Shown here one piece after another: positions 49,357-61,200 of a DNA stretch of 64,000 bases (within the stretch, counting starts at the first letter, position 1; each line of letters begins with the position of its first letter). The position numbers and the translations under genes are program-made. Under the pieces are notes generated by a model that was not told the origin of the DNA, made no database searches, and worked only from the letters and a program-made list of their open reading frames with translations. The DNA comes from an uncultured Gammaproteobacteria bacterium (GTDB lineage: Bacteria > Patescibacteriota > Patescibacteriia > UBA11705 > JABHMO01), in contig CAZAKN010000002.1 of the NCBI GenBank assembly GCA_964486065.1, forward strand, positions 29,452-93,451, in the 5' to 3' direction.

Positions 49357-50319
49357 TTATTTTTTATATCTGCTTAAATCGGGAGCCAAAGAAAATTGTC
49401 CGCCTCTTTTTTCTTGAATATATTTTGCCGCGGACAAAGCCGCTTTGGCGCCTTCTCCCGCGGAAATCACCGCTTGTTTAAAGGGAGAATTGGTAACATC
49501 TCCCGCCGCGAAAATCCCGGCATGAGAAGTTTTCGCTTCTTTGTCGGTAACCACATAGCCATATTCATCCAGGTCAACCAAATCTTTTACAAAATCGGTT
49601 TTGGTCATCCAGCCTATTTCCACGAACACGGCGGATAAAGTCAATTCCGTTTCAGAACCATTTTGATTATTCAATAAAATCACTTTTTCCAATTTATCAT
49701 TACCTTTGAATTCTTTAACTTCCGTAAAATTCATAATTTCAATATTGTCTTTGGCTTTTACCGCGTCAATCAAAACCTGTTCAGCCCGATATTTTTCCGT
49801 GCGATTGAAAATGTAAACTTTCTCGCAAATATCGGACAAATAATCAGCCGCGTCAAAAGCGGAATTACCACCTCCGACCACGCCAACAATTTTATTTTTA
49901 AACAAAGGTCCGTCACAAGTCGCGCAATATGCCACGCCACGACCGGTTAACTCTTTTTCCCCCGGCGCGTTCAATTTGCGATGTTCCAATCCAAACGCTA
50001 AAATTACAGCTTGCGCGCCAAACTCTTCTCCGCTTTTGATTTTTACGGTATAGTCACCTCCTCCTTCTTCAACTTCAATCACCTCATCATATTTTATTTT
50101 GGCTCCCGCGCTTTCCGCTTGTTCACGAAACTTATCCATCAATTCGGGCCCGGTTATGGTTCCGGTTCCTGGATAATTTTCCACTTCCGTGGTAATTGAT
50201 ACTTGCCCACCGAGATCCTTGGTGATAATCAAAGTGCTAAGCGCTCTTCTCGCCGTATACAAAGACGCTGTTAAACCGGCCGGCGCTCCGCCGATTATTA
50301 TTACATCATACTTATTCAT
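49357..50319 (-). CDS. trxB: thioredoxin reductase
   Basis: IIGGAPAG, VENYPG, CATCDG, VGGGNSA, FAAGD. Confidence 0.93.
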   Translation of the reverse strand: MNKYDVIIIGGAPAGLTASLYTARRALSTLIITKDLGGQVSITTEVENYPGTGTITGPELMDKFREQAESAGAKIKYDEVIEVEEGGGDYTVKIKSGEEFGAQAVILAFGLEHRKLNAPGEKELTGRGVAYCATCDGPLFKNKIVGVVGGGNSAFDAADYLSDICEKVYIFNRTEKYRAEQVLIDAVKAKDNIEIMNFTEVKEFKGNDKLEKVILLNNQNGSETELTLSAVFVEIGWMTKTDFVKDLVDLDEYGYVVTDKEAKTSHAGIFAAGDVTNSPFKQAVISAGEGAKAALSAAKYIQEKRGGQFSLAPDLSRYKK

Positions 50320-50325
50320 AATAAA

Positions 50326-50697
50326 TCAGTTAATTGTCGGTCTTTGATTTCGAGAAAAAGCTTTTTCCATTTTCCTTTGCCAACTTTCCCCTTCTTCCAC
50401 CACTTTATCCAAATTCATGAGCTGTCTTTCCAAATCGGTTTTCATCTCCAAGGTCTCCTGAATTACTCGTTGTAGTTCTTTAATGGTTTGCTTTATTTCT
50501 TCTTCCGAATATTGTTCAAAATTTTTCGAACTTAAAGCCTTTTGAAAATCCTTCATTCTTATCGTTAAGATTCTCATCACTTCTCCCATGTTGTGTATTT
50601 CATTCACCAAATTTTCTCCCGCGACGATTAAAATTTTACGAGAATCATCTTTTTCAAATTTTTTAAAATAATTTACTCCTTTTTCCATACTACTCAT
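50326..50697 (-). CDS. hypothetical coiled-coil protein
   Basis: 123-aa helical ORF tightly packed between trxA and trxB. Confidence 0.7.
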   Translation of the reverse strand: MSSMEKGVNYFKKFEKDDSRKILIVAGENLVNEIHNMGEVMRILTIRMKDFQKALSSKNFEQYSEEEIKQTIKELQRVIQETLEMKTDLERQLMNLDKVVEEGESWQRKMEKAFSRNQRPTIN

Positions 50698-50710
50698 ATT
50701 ATTTATTTAT

Positions 50711-51031
50711 TTATTTATGCGATTCTAATTTTTCTTTTAAACTCTCCTTGCTTTGCAAGCCCATCAAAGTTTCCGCTGGTTCACCGTTTTTGAAAATAAT
50801 CAAAGTTGGAATACTCATGATATTATATTTTCCGGCGGTAGCATTTGCTTCATCAACATTCAATTTAGCGACTTTAAATTCACTGCCCTCCAGATCCTTA
50901 GCCAATTCATCAATAATCGGCCCTTGCATTTTACACGGTCCACACCATTCCGCGTAAAAATCCACCAAAACCGGACCGGAGAATTGTAAAACTTCAGCTT
51001 CAAAATTTTGATCGTTTACTTGTAAAGACAT
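50711..51031 (-). CDS. trxA: thioredoxin
   Basis: VDFYAEWCGPCK, SIPT; likely start ATG 51031. Confidence 0.95.
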   Translation of the reverse strand: MSLQVNDQNFEAEVLQFSGPVLVDFYAEWCGPCKMQGPIIDELAKDLEGSEFKVAKLNVDEANATAGKYNIMSIPTLIIFKNGEPAETLMGLQSKESLKEKLESHK

Positions 51032-51101
51032 ACTTTCTAAGATCAATCGGCGATAAAAGATAATTATTGGAAATTAACTCAAATCGTGATTGAACAAATT
51101 A

Positions 51102-51242
51102 TTATTTTTTATTATTTTCCAGCCAATATCGTAAGACATGGCGAATAAATTCGCTTTTATTGACGAATTTATGTTTTTTCATTTGTTGTTCAACTTCCTT
51201 ACACATATCTTCGGGAAGCGACAAGGTTACAACACATCTCAT
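51102..51242 (-). CDS. 46-aa ribbon-helix-helix (CopG/NikR-N-like) protein
   Basis: Manual translation MRCVVTLSLPEDMCKEVEQQMKKHKFVNKSEFIRHVLRYWLENNKK; VTLSLP...NKSEFIR is the RHH pattern; below ORF-track cutoff. Confidence 0.85.
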   Translation of the reverse strand: MRCVVTLSLPEDMCKEVEQQMKKHKFVNKSEFIRHVLRYWLENNKK

Positions 51243-51336
51243 AATATTATAATTATTTTTCGCGGAACACCGGGAGGATAAGCGCGTATTACGGGCATTG
51301 AAAAGGCTCCATAATTTGCGACAAATGCGTCACGCT

Positions 51337-51373
51337 CTGTATTACATTGTAATACAGGTAAATATATTGTCAA
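51337..51373 (-). promoter_or_regulatory. promoter TTGACA-16-TACAAT overlapped by a perfect palindromic operator
   Basis: CTGTATTACA-T-TGTAATACAG (51337-51357) covers the -10. Confidence 0.7.
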
Positions 51374-51375
51374 AT

Positions 51376-51401
51376 AAAAAAGAGGCTTCACGACCTCTCT
51401 T
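51376..51401 (-). terminator. infB terminator
   Basis: AGAGG-CTTCACGA-CCTCT with A-tract. Confidence 0.5.
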
Positions 51402-51412
51402 ATGTAAAATTA

Positions 51413-53383
51413 TTATAATTTTTTCTTTTGCTCTCTTTCAATATATAGATCTAAAATATCTCCTGCTTCAATCAATGGCTGGCCTTCAAACTTAATACCA
51501 CACTCTTGTCCCTTTACCACATCTTTAACCTCCTCTTTTCCGCTTTTCAATTCAACAATTTTTCCGGAAGTAACAAATTCATCATTTCTGATAACCGCGG
51601 CACTGACACCGTTTTCAACTTTTCCGAAAATCACTTTACCTCCCACCACTTGAAAATTTTCACCTTTTTTAAATAAAGCCAAAATTTCCATTTTACCAAG
51701 ATCTTCTCGGATTACTTCAGTTTTGGCAATATTACGCAAAGCTTGCTTAACATCGGCAATCAATTCATAAATGATTTTATACTGCTTTATTTCCACTTCT
51801 TTCTCTTGAGCCAAACCGGCGACCGCTTGCGACGGGATCACATTAAAACCGATCAACATGGCGCCCGTAGCTTCCGCGGACAAAACATCGCTTTCAGTGA
51901 CACTTCCCAAACCTTTGGACACAAAATTGATTTTAAAATCAGCTGTTTCCAATTTTTTCAAAGATTCCATGATCGCTTCTTGCGAACCCAAAACATCTGC
52001 ACGCAAAATAATATTCAATTGAGCGGCTTCGCTTTCTTCACTGCCTTGTTGCTTTTTATGCTGAATATAACTTTCATCTTGCTTTTGCATGGCGTAAGTT
52101 TTAGCTTTTTTGGCTTTTTTCGGATCATCAACTATTTCCAAAACATCTCCAACCTTCGGCGCCACTTTCAAACCGATTATTTTAACCGGCACGGATGGCC
52201 CGGCTTGCTGAATTTCTTCACCTTTATAATTTTCCATTAAACGGATTTTTCCATATAACACTCCATCAACCACCACATATTGCCCTTTACGCAAGGTTCC
52301 GTTCTTCACCAAAACGGTGGCTACCGGACCTTGTCCTTTGTCAACATGAGCTTCAATAATACTGCCAATAAAATCTCCCTTGGGATTGGCTTTTATATCG
52401 GCTTGATTCATTTCCGCGATTAACAAAACACTTTCCAAAAGACCATCAATATTTTTATTGAACTTGGCGGAAATTTCCACAAATACCGTATTGCCCCCCC
52501 AATCTTCCGGCATTAAATTATATTGTGACAATTCTTGTTTAACTTTATCCGGATTGGCATCCGGCAAATCAATTTTATTAACTGCCACAATAATGGGGAT
52601 GCCCGCTTCTTGCGCAATTTTCAATGCTTCTACGGTTTGAGGTTTAACACCTTCGGTAGCTGCCACTACCAAAATAGCAATATCCGCCACTTTGGCACCA
52701 CGACTACGCATGGCGGTAAAAGCTTCATGCCCCGGAGTATCAATAAATGTTACCTTTTTACCCTTTTTAGTAACCTGATACGCGCCGATATGTTGCGTAA
52801 TTCCGCCGGCTTCGCCGGAAACCACATCGGTTTTTCTGATCGCGTCCAAAGTTTTCGTTTTTCCATGATCAACATGCCCCATAACCACCACCACCGGTGC
52901 TCTTTCGGTAATTTTTTGCTCTTGCAATTTGGCCGCCACTTCCTTTGCTTTATCAACTTCCACTTTTTCTTGAGCGTCAATTTGTTCAGCTTCATAACCC
53001 AAATCTCCTGCTACGATAGCAGCAGTATCAAAATCAATTTTTTGATTCATTGAAGCCATTACTCCGGCCTTCATAAGCTCGGTAATCGCCAAACTAACCG
53101 GAATACCCAAAAGTTCAGCAAAATCCTTTACCGTCAACACCGCGGGAATTTGCACCCTTAAATCCTTGGGATCAGCATCTTCGGTTTTCTTCAAATATTT
53201 TTCGTACTTGGCTTTTTGTCTTTCCCTATCCAATTTTTCATACCAAGATCTGACTATGCGTGAAGCCAATCTATTATCAACCTTGATAGCTTTCGCGCCA
53301 ATATCAAAACCAAGCTCCGGTAATTTTTCCCTGAGCTCCTCCGTGCTAAGTTTCATTTTTCTAGCTAATTCGCTGATATTCAT
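51413..53383 (-). CDS. infB: translation initiation factor IF-2
   Basis: [38 protein letters not shown]. Confidence 0.97.
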   Translation of the reverse strand: MNISELARKMKLSTEELREKLPELGFDIGAKAIKVDNRLASRIVRSWYEKLDRERQKAKYEKYLKKTEDADPKDLRVQIPAVLTVKDFAELLGIPVSLAITELMKAGVMASMNQKIDFDTAAIVAGDLGYEAEQIDAQEKVEVDKAKEVAAKLQEQKITERAPVVVVMGHVDHGKTKTLDAIRKTDVVSGEAGGITQHIGAYQVTKKGKKVTFIDTPGHEAFTAMRSRGAKVADIAILVVAATEGVKPQTVEALKIAQEAGIPIIVAVNKIDLPDANPDKVKQELSQYNLMPEDWGGNTVFVEISAKFNKNIDGLLESVLLIAEMNQADIKANPKGDFIGSIIEAHVDKGQGPVATVLVKNGTLRKGQYVVVDGVLYGKIRLMENYKGEEIQQAGPSVPVKIIGLKVAPKVGDVLEIVDDPKKAKKAKTYAMQKQDESYIQHKKQQGSEESEAAQLNIILRADVLGSQEAIMESLKKLETADFKINFVSKGLGSVTESDVLSAEATGAMLIGFNVIPSQAVAGLAQEKEVEIKQYKIIYELIADVKQALRNIAKTEVIREDLGKMEILALFKKGENFQVVGGKVIFGKVENGVSAAVIRNDEFVTSGKIVELKSGKEEVKDVVKGQECGIKFEGQPLIEAGDILDLYIEREQKKKL

Positions 53384-53496
53384 ATAAGTGTTTTAATTTT
53401 AGCAAAAAATCATATACCAGTCAATCGTATTAGCATAATATCTCCAACTTAATTAGGAATTGCCAAAACCTCAAATTTAAGCTATATTTATGCCAT

Positions 53497-54636
53497 ATGA
53501 CACAATATTATTTTATCTTCGGCAACCATCCGGAATTGGCCAAAGCCGAATTAAAAAATAAACTTAGCGCGATGAATACGGCCTATGAAATACTGGGCGG
53601 TAAAAATAATTATTTAATTTTACAAAGCAATAATCTTCTGCCGGAAAAACTGCTGTCGCAACTTGGAGGCACGATTAAGGTCGGAGAGGTTTTGAAAAAA
53701 GATTCGCGAATTAATCCGAACGCTATTCTGCATTACGCGACAAGCTCCCAAACGGAAAAATTGCATTTCGGTATCAGCTCTTATGGTTTTCATCCTAATT
53801 TAAACAAATGGGGAGCTGAAATAAAAAAAGAACTCAAACAAAACCAACGCCGAGCTCGCTTCGTTACTTCAAAACAAAATCCACTGAGCAGTGTTATAGT
53901 AAAAAAAGAAATTTTAAATAAAGATGGCTTGGAATTTTGTGTTCTAAAACAAGGCGATGACTATTGGCTGGGAAAAACATTGGCGGTGCAAGATTTCGCA
54001 ACCTATTCAGTCTTTGATTACAGTCGGCCGAGACGAGATGAACTGGTGGGAATGCTACCGCCCAAATTGGCGCAAATCATGATCAATTTAAGCGAAGCCA
54101 AACCGGAACATAAAATTCTGGACCCCTTCTGTGGCATGGGAACGATTTTACAACAAGCTTCACTGCTGAATTTTGAAAATTTATTCGGAACGGATAAAAG
54201 TCAAGATTCTTTAGACGCCGCGGAAGAAAATCGTCAATGGCTTGAAGAAAAATTGAAACGAGAACTTGATTGGCATTTACAAAAAACCGACGCGCGCGAT
54301 CTGGATAAAATTTTTAAATCAAACGAATTTGATCGCATTATCAGCGAACCATTCATGGGACCAGCTTTGAAACAAAATACTTCCGTTCAAGAAATTCAAA
54401 AAAACATTCAAAAACTAACCGGTCTTTATCAAGAAAGTTTAAACGCTTGCGCCAAAATTTTAAAACCGGAAGGGATAATGGTTTTCATCATACCAAGCTT
54501 CGTATTGAAAAAAGAGGCATACGCGATAAATTTTAAAAAAATATTACCACCAAAATTGAAACTGAAAAAATCATGGCTCTATGCCCGTAGCGGACAATTA
54601 GTTAAACGCAATATTTTACTTCTTATTAAAACTTAA
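53497..54636 (+). CDS. RNA methyltransferase (Trm11/TrmG10-like)
   Basis: MLPPKLAQIMINL, ILDPFCGMGT, ISEPFMG. Confidence 0.8.
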   Translation: MTQYYFIFGNHPELAKAELKNKLSAMNTAYEILGGKNNYLILQSNNLLPEKLLSQLGGTIKVGEVLKKDSRINPNAILHYATSSQTEKLHFGISSYGFHPNLNKWGAEIKKELKQNQRRARFVTSKQNPLSSVIVKKEILNKDGLEFCVLKQGDDYWLGKTLAVQDFATYSVFDYSRPRRDELVGMLPPKLAQIMINLSEAKPEHKILDPFCGMGTILQQASLLNFENLFGTDKSQDSLDAAEENRQWLEEKLKRELDWHLQKTDARDLDKIFKSNEFDRIISEPFMGPALKQNTSVQEIQKNIQKLTGLYQESLNACAKILKPEGIMVFIIPSFVLKKEAYAINFKKILPPKLKLKKSWLYARSGQLVKRNILLLIKT

Positions 54637-54640
54637 ATAC

Positions 54641-54674
54641 AAGAGGCTCGAGCTAAGCTCGAGCCTCTTTTTTT
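54641..54674 (+). terminator. intrinsic terminator
   Basis: AAGAGGCTCGAGC-TAA-GCTCGAGCCTCTT plus T-tract. Confidence 0.85.
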
Positions 54675-54703
54675 ATTTTTGTTTTGGAAGCAAATCGGAA
54701 GAG

Positions 54704-55741
54704 TTATTTTTTCTTTTTGGGACTCTTCTTTTTATTGTGTTTTTTCAGGTGAGATTTAATCTTATCGTATGTTCGGTGCAACTTGGAGCGTCCGGAATTC
54801 AACGCCAATTCTTCAAATAATATTGCCCAAACCGCGATACGAAAAGTATTGTAAGCCGAACCAACCATGACCATGAGCGCGACCACCAAAACAACCATTA
54901 GTATTCCCGTTATCCAAGCCAATACAAGCGAACCGGCCAAATTAAACAGAAAATAAAGTATAATCAAAGGCGCGACCACGATCAACATTCCCAATCCCAA
55001 AAGCGCCAAAAAAATAATATTTATCACAAAAAGCAACAAGCCCACTTCCAAGTTAAGTAAAGTATTTTGCCGGAAAATATCCCATGCCGCTCGTAGCGCG
55101 GCGAAAGCCTTTTTGCGTCTTAAAACAACATAAGCCGTGCCATAAATAGTTAAAAAATTAACAATAATCGTTAAAACGATAAACAACACAACGGACGGAA
55201 TATAAATCAACATCTGCCATAATGTTCCGCCACTGAATAAAATTGAAATAATGAAAGCCAACAACACCAATAAGCCGAGTAATACAAACTTGGTGATAAA
55301 ATTAACCTCCAAAATCGGCCAAAATTTTTCCAAGCCAATATGCCAAGATTTTTTCAAATCGGTTTTGTGCTTTTGATCCAAATCAACCACCCCGCGGATT
55401 ACTGCGCCCTGCCCGATAATAGCGAGACTCAAGAAAATAGCCAAAATCAACAAAATAAAAAGCAGAATAAAAAGCGAACCGACAAAACCGCTAAAATCAG
55501 TCTGCCAAGCCACGGCTAAATTATTCCAAGACAACATGCCGAAAAACCCTGACTGCGAATACTCCAACATAGTGTGATAAACGGTTTTTCCTTCATTTAA
55601 ATTGTTCAAACTGCGCACCATGGCTTCATAAACACTGCTATTCCCCAGAAAAGCTGCTAAAAAGCCCAAAACCCAAAGCCATTTGTTTTTCCAAGTTACT
55701 GAAAGCGCTCTTTTTAATAACGGTCGGTAAAAAGGTTCCAT
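54704..55741 (-). CDS. polytopic membrane protein of unknown function
   Basis: Multiple TM helices, WKNKWLWVLGFLA start, basic tail. Confidence 0.8.
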   Translation of the reverse strand: MEPFYRPLLKRALSVTWKNKWLWVLGFLAAFLGNSSVYEAMVRSLNNLNEGKTVYHTMLEYSQSGFFGMLSWNNLAVAWQTDFSGFVGSLFILLFILLILAIFLSLAIIGQGAVIRGVVDLDQKHKTDLKKSWHIGLEKFWPILEVNFITKFVLLGLLVLLAFIISILFSGGTLWQMLIYIPSVVLFIVLTIIVNFLTIYGTAYVVLRRKKAFAALRAAWDIFRQNTLLNLEVGLLLFVINIIFLALLGLGMLIVVAPLIILYFLFNLAGSLVLAWITGILMVVLVVALMVMVGSAYNTFRIAVWAILFEELALNSGRSKLHRTYDKIKSHLKKHNKKKSPKKKK

Positions 55742-55811
55742 AAAAATTTTTATATTTATTTATAATATAATTATACAATATTTTTTATTTTTCTCCAAAA
55801 GAATTATAAAC

Positions 55812-55842
55812 AAAAAACTTTACCTTAATCGGCAAAGTTTTT
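55812..55842 (-). terminator. terminator after flavodoxin
   Basis: AAAAAACTTTACC...GGCAAAGTTTTTT imperfect hairpin. Confidence 0.5.
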
Positions 55843-55863
55843 TGTTATATTCAATCACCGTAA

Positions 55864-56343
55864 TTATTTAAATCTTTCCGCCCATTTCTTAATCTCCTTT
55901 TTGGACTGTTCCGGATTTTGCAGAGGTTCTTTCAGTCCAAACTCGCCCATGTACTCATTATCGGGCAAAGCTTTTTGGTACTCTTGATAAGTTTTGCCGG
56001 CGTTCCCGCCAAAAGCGGTGAAAAATGCCAGTTTCTTATTTTTTATTTTGTCGGCATTTTGTTTTAAAAATGTTCGCCACGCTGGAGTGTAAGTTGTCAC
56101 CCAGACCGGAGTTCCCATAAAAATTCTGTCATAATTTTCCGGATTAAACTCATAAGCCTCCAGTTCTGGTTCTGTCTTGGCCATAACTTGTCTTCCGCCC
56201 CAAAAAATGCGCATCATGCCCGTCTTCTTAATATCTTTAATCGGTTTTATTTCCAAAATTTCGGTGGACAACTCTTCAGCCAAGGTTTTCGCCATAAAAC
56301 GACAATTATCTGTCAATGAATAATAAATGACTAGAGTTTTCAT
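55864..56343 (-). CDS. flavodoxin-like protein
   Basis: LVIYYSLTDNC, MGTPVW, AFFTAFGG; likely start ATG 56343. Confidence 0.85.
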   Translation of the reverse strand: MKTLVIYYSLTDNCRFMAKTLAEELSTEILEIKPIKDIKKTGMMRIFWGGRQVMAKTEPELEAYEFNPENYDRIFMGTPVWVTTYTPAWRTFLKQNADKIKNKKLAFFTAFGGNAGKTYQEYQKALPDNEYMGEFGLKEPLQNPEQSKKEIKKWAERFK

Positions 56344-56366
56344 AAAATTGCTTGCCAAGTTAGACA

Positions 56367-58187
56367 CTAAGCTTTCATGATTTTATTGAATTCTTCTTTT
56401 TCTATGGTTTCTTTTTCCAAAAGTTCACGCACCAATCTGTCCATCGTTTCCGTATTTTCCTTTATTAATTTTTCCGCGGTTTTAATGGCTCCTTCAATCA
56501 TTTTGTCAATTTCTGCATCTATGGCTTCCGCGACTTTTTCACTGTAATTACGTTGTTCTTTTAAATCCTTGCCCAAGAAAACCAATTCATCTTTATCTCC
56601 GTAAATGCGTGGCGCCATATTCTCGCTCATTCCATAACGAGTAATCAAATTACGAGCGATTTGCGTGGCTTTTTGCAAATCATTGGACGCGCCGGTGGTT
56701 ACTTCACCAAACCCTATTTTTTCCGCCACATAACCAGCCAAAAGCACCGCCAATTGATCAATGTATTCGGATCTTTTATGCAGATGACGATCTTTGTCCG
56801 GCAAATTCATGGTATAACCGGCGGCATGTCCGCGCGAAATAATTGAAACTTTATGAACCGGATCAGCGTGCGGAAGTAAATGACTGACCAAAGCATGCCC
56901 GGCTTCATGGCGTGCGGTAATTTTCTTTTCTTCGTCGGATAAAATATGACTTTTTCGTTCCGGTCCGAGCAAAACTTTTTCAATGCTTTCCAAAATTTCC
57001 GCTTCACCGACTTTTTTCTTATCACGACGCGCCGTTAATATAGCCGCTTCATTAATCAAATTCGCCAAATCCGCTCCGGAAAATCCGGGCGTTCTTTCCG
57101 CAATTTTCTTCATATCAACATCTTTTTCCAAAGGAATATTTCCGGCATGAACATTCAAAATGGCTTTTCTGTCTTGGATATCGGGCAAATCAATCACTAC
57201 GCGACGATCAAACCTGCCGGGACGCAACAACGCCGGATCCAAAACATCCGGACGGTTGGTGGCCGCCATGACGATCACATTGGTATGTAATTCAAACCCA
57301 TCCATTTCCACCAAAATTTGATTCAAAGTTTGTTCCCTCTCATCATGCGATCCGCCCAAACCGGCGCCCCTTTGACGACCGACGGCATCTATTTCGTCTA
57401 TAAAAATTATACAAGGAGAATTTTTCTTGGCATTGTTAAACAAATCTCGGACGCGAGACGCACCCACTCCCACGAACATTTCCACGAATTCCGAGCCGGA
57501 AATGGAAAAAAACGGAACTTTAGCTTCACCTGCCACGGCTTTGGCCAAAAGTGTTTTTCCAGTTCCTGGAGAGCCCATAAGCAAAACACCTTTGGGAATT
57601 TTAGCTCCCAGCGCAGTGAATTTTTTCGGATTACGCAAAAATTCCACCACTTCCAAAAGTTCTTCTTTAGCTTCTTTTACTCCAGCTACATCTTTGAAAG
57701 TAACTTTTTTCTTGGGGTCTTGCTTAATATTTTTTGCTTTACTTTGACCGAAACTTATCGCCCGATTATTGGCACCCTGAACCTGTCTCATCATAAACCA
57801 GATAAACACGGCAATAAATAAAAACGGGATCAAAAATGGCGCCAAAGCGGCCAACCAATAATCAAATCCGCTCGGTTCTTTTACTTCAATGGCCACCTTA
57901 CTTATCTTTTCCGAAGACACGCCGAAATTCGTCAATAATTCACTCAAAGATTCACTGCTTTCTTTTTTTGCTTCCTGAATACTCCCATCCTTCAAAGTTA
58001 ACAATAGCATATCACCTTCCACTTCTATTTTCTCCATTTTTTCTTCTTGAATCTGGTTAACCATTTTCCGTAAATCTATTTTTTCAGGTTGTTCCGTATT
58101 TAAATTGTACAAGCTGAAAATACTGGCTATGGCAAAAAATACCACTAAAAAAATCAATAAATTTTTCATCAAGCCGTTATTTTTCAT
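56367..58187 (-). CDS. ftsH: ATP-dependent zinc metalloprotease FtsH
   Basis: Two [35 protein letters not shown]. Confidence 0.97.
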   Translation of the reverse strand: MKNNGLMKNLLIFLVVFFAIASIFSLYNLNTEQPEKIDLRKMVNQIQEEKMEKIEVEGDMLLLTLKDGSIQEAKKESSESLSELLTNFGVSSEKISKVAIEVKEPSGFDYWLAALAPFLIPFLFIAVFIWFMMRQVQGANNRAISFGQSKAKNIKQDPKKKVTFKDVAGVKEAKEELLEVVEFLRNPKKFTALGAKIPKGVLLMGSPGTGKTLLAKAVAGEAKVPFFSISGSEFVEMFVGVGASRVRDLFNNAKKNSPCIIFIDEIDAVGRQRGAGLGGSHDEREQTLNQILVEMDGFELHTNVIVMAATNRPDVLDPALLRPGRFDRRVVIDLPDIQDRKAILNVHAGNIPLEKDVDMKKIAERTPGFSGADLANLINEAAILTARRDKKKVGEAEILESIEKVLLGPERKSHILSDEEKKITARHEAGHALVSHLLPHADPVHKVSIISRGHAAGYTMNLPDKDRHLHKRSEYIDQLAVLLAGYVAEKIGFGEVTTGASNDLQKATQIARNLITRYGMSENMAPRIYGDKDELVFLGKDLKEQRNYSEKVAEAIDAEIDKMIEGAIKTAEKLIKENTETMDRLVRELLEKETIEKEEFNKIMKA

Positions 58188-58207
58188 AATTGATTAAATA
58201 ATAATTT

Positions 58208-61200
58208 TTAAGCTTCCGCTTTTTCTTTTTTTTCTTTGGCTCTAAAACCCGTTCCCGCCGGAATCAAACGACCGATAATCACATTTTCTTTCAAGCCTTC
58301 CAAATTATCAATTTTTCCGGTAACAGCCGCGTTAATCAATACTTTGGCGGTTTCTTGAAACGAAGCCGCGGATAGCCAACTGGTAGTTGATAAAGATACT
58401 TTGGAAATACCCAGAAAAACATCTTCCGCTTTAGCCGGCTTTTGACCTTTTTCCAAAGCATCATTGGCTTGCAAGAAAGCGGTTCTTTCCACCACTTCTC
58501 CTTCCAGCAAATCAGTATCTCCGGCGTCGTTAACATAAACACGGGAGAACATTTGTCTGGCGATAATTTCCACATGTTTATCATTTAGCTTCTGCCCTTG
58601 TGAAGAATAAATATGTTGAATTTCTCTTAAAATATAATCTTGCACCGCTCTTTTTCCACTCACTTTGAACAACTGAGACAAATCAATGCTTCCTTCAGTC
58701 AATTGCTGTCCCTTTTCAACCTTATCTCCATCTTTCACCCAAAGCACCGTTCCGGCCGGCACAACATATTCTTTTTCTCCATTAACTTCGGTTATCACGG
58801 AAATCTTATCATCTTCAACTTTGGCCTTTCCGAAAGTTTTTGATTTAACTTTCTTTTTCGCGGCATCTAAATACAATACATCATTCTGGCTAATCAAATC
58901 ATCATCTTTAACTTCAACTTTGGCGTCTTTCGGTAACTTATATTCCACTTCTTCCGTATCCTTATAATTAATCTTTAGAATTCTTTCACTGAAAGAACTT
59001 TTGGCCACGATTTCGCTTTTACCGCTTTTAATCACCCTTTTTTGTTCTTCAATACTGACCAAACCTTCAACCTCGGCGATCAAAGCTTTCTTTTTAGGTG
59101 GGCGCGCTTCAAAAACTTCCTCCACCCGTGGCAAACCTTGAGTAATATCACTGGCTCCCGCCACACCACCAGTATGAAAAGTTCTCATAGTCAACTGCGT
59201 GCCAGGTTCACCGATACTTTGCGCGGCGATAGCTCCAACCGCGGTACCGAATTCAACCGGTTTATTGAAAGCCAAATCAAAACCGTAACATTTGCGACAA
59301 ATTCCTTTTTTGCATTTACAAGATAAAGCTGAACGGATTTTCACTTCCTTAATGTCCATTTTATGCATTTCACGAGCCAATTGTTCGGTTATGATTTCTC
59401 CGGCCGGAACAACTTCTTTCTTGGTTTCAGGATCAATAATGGGATCAACAACATAACGACCAACCACTCTATCGGCCAATTTTTGTCCCATAATTTCACT
59501 TTCTTCCGCTGTAATCAATTTACCTTCCGTGTCCCCGCAATCATCTTCCATTATCACGATATCTTGAGAAACATCCACCAGTCTTCTGGTTAAATAACCC
59601 GCGTTAGCGGTTCTAAGAGCCGTATCGGACAAACCTTTTCTGGTACCATGAGTGGAAATATAATATTCAAGAACTTGAAAACCTTCCTTAAAATTCGCTT
59701 TAACCGGCAATTCCATAATTTGACCGGACGGATTGATCACCAAACCTTTCATGCCGAGCATCTGAGATAACTGCCCCCAAGATCCTCTAGCTCCGGAGTT
59801 AATCATGGAATAAACCGGGCCTTCCGGATCCAATGATTCAGAACTTAATTGAGTGGTTTGATCTTTTATCTTGGTCCAAATTTCAATAATTTTGGTATAT
59901 CTTTCATCAGCGGTCAATAATCCTTCTTCGTATTGAGATTGCACTTCTTCAACCATTTTTTCACCTTGTTCCACCAATTCTTTTTTACCTTTAATATCCG
60001 GCAAATTGCCAATCCCCCAAGAAAATCCGGATTTGGTTAATTGCGCGAAACCGAAATTTTTAATCGCGTCCAAAACACTAGCGGTTTTTTCAAAACCGTA
60101 AAACTCCAAGCACAACTGGACAATGGCACCCATTTTCTTTTTATCAATCACTTCATTATAATACGGTAATTTTGCCGGCAACAATTCATTGAATAAAATC
60201 CTACCCAAAGTTGTTTCTGCCAAACCGGATTCAAACTTTTCCGCCAGTTCTCCGGCTTGTTCATCAATACGAATTTTCAAAGGTTGACGCAAAGTTATTT
60301 TACCCAAGCTATGAGCTACTTTGGCTTCGTTTATTGAAGCGAATGTTTTTACCGGCGCTTCTTCTTTTTGGATGGAAGTAACATAAAAGCTTCCCCAAAC
60401 CATATCCATACTCGGAGTAGTTACGGGATTACCAGTGGCTGGTTTTAATAAATTATTGGCGGACAACATCAATTCTTTGGCTTCTTTCTTGGCTTCTTCG
60501 GTCAAAGGAACATGAACCGCCATTTGATCACCGTCAAAGTCAGCATTAAAAGCTGAACACACCAAAGGATGCAACCGAATCGCTTTACCTTCAATTAAAA
60601 CGGGTTGAAAAGCTTGAATTCCCAGTCTGTGCAAAGTCGGAGCGCGATTTAACAATACATTGGCGCCGGCCACGATATTTTCCAAAATATCCCAAACTTC
60701 CGGACGATCTGATTCAATAAAACGATTGGCGCTACGAATATTATGAACAAATTCATTTTTAATTAAACGACTGATCACGAAAGGTTTAAATAATTCCAAA
60801 GCCATTTTTTTCGGAATACCGCATTGGTCAATCGCCAAACTAGGTCCAATCACGATTACGCTACGACCGGAATAATCAATTCTTTTACCAAGCAAATTTT
60901 GTCTGAAACGACCGCGCTTTCCTTTTAAGTAATCGGCGATGGATTTTAATTTTCGCTTTTGTCCTGTGGAAGCGGTAGTGGTTTTACTATGACGCGCGGA
61001 ATTATCAATCAAAGCGTCAACCGCTTCTTGCAACATGCGTTTTTCATTTCTCGTAATCACTTCCGGCGCGTTCAATTCCATTAATCTTTTCAAACGATTG
61101 TTTCTGGAAATAACCCGGCGATACAAATCATTTAAATCGGAAGTGGCAAATCTACCACCATCCAACGGAACCATGGGACGCAAATCCGGCGGAATCACCG

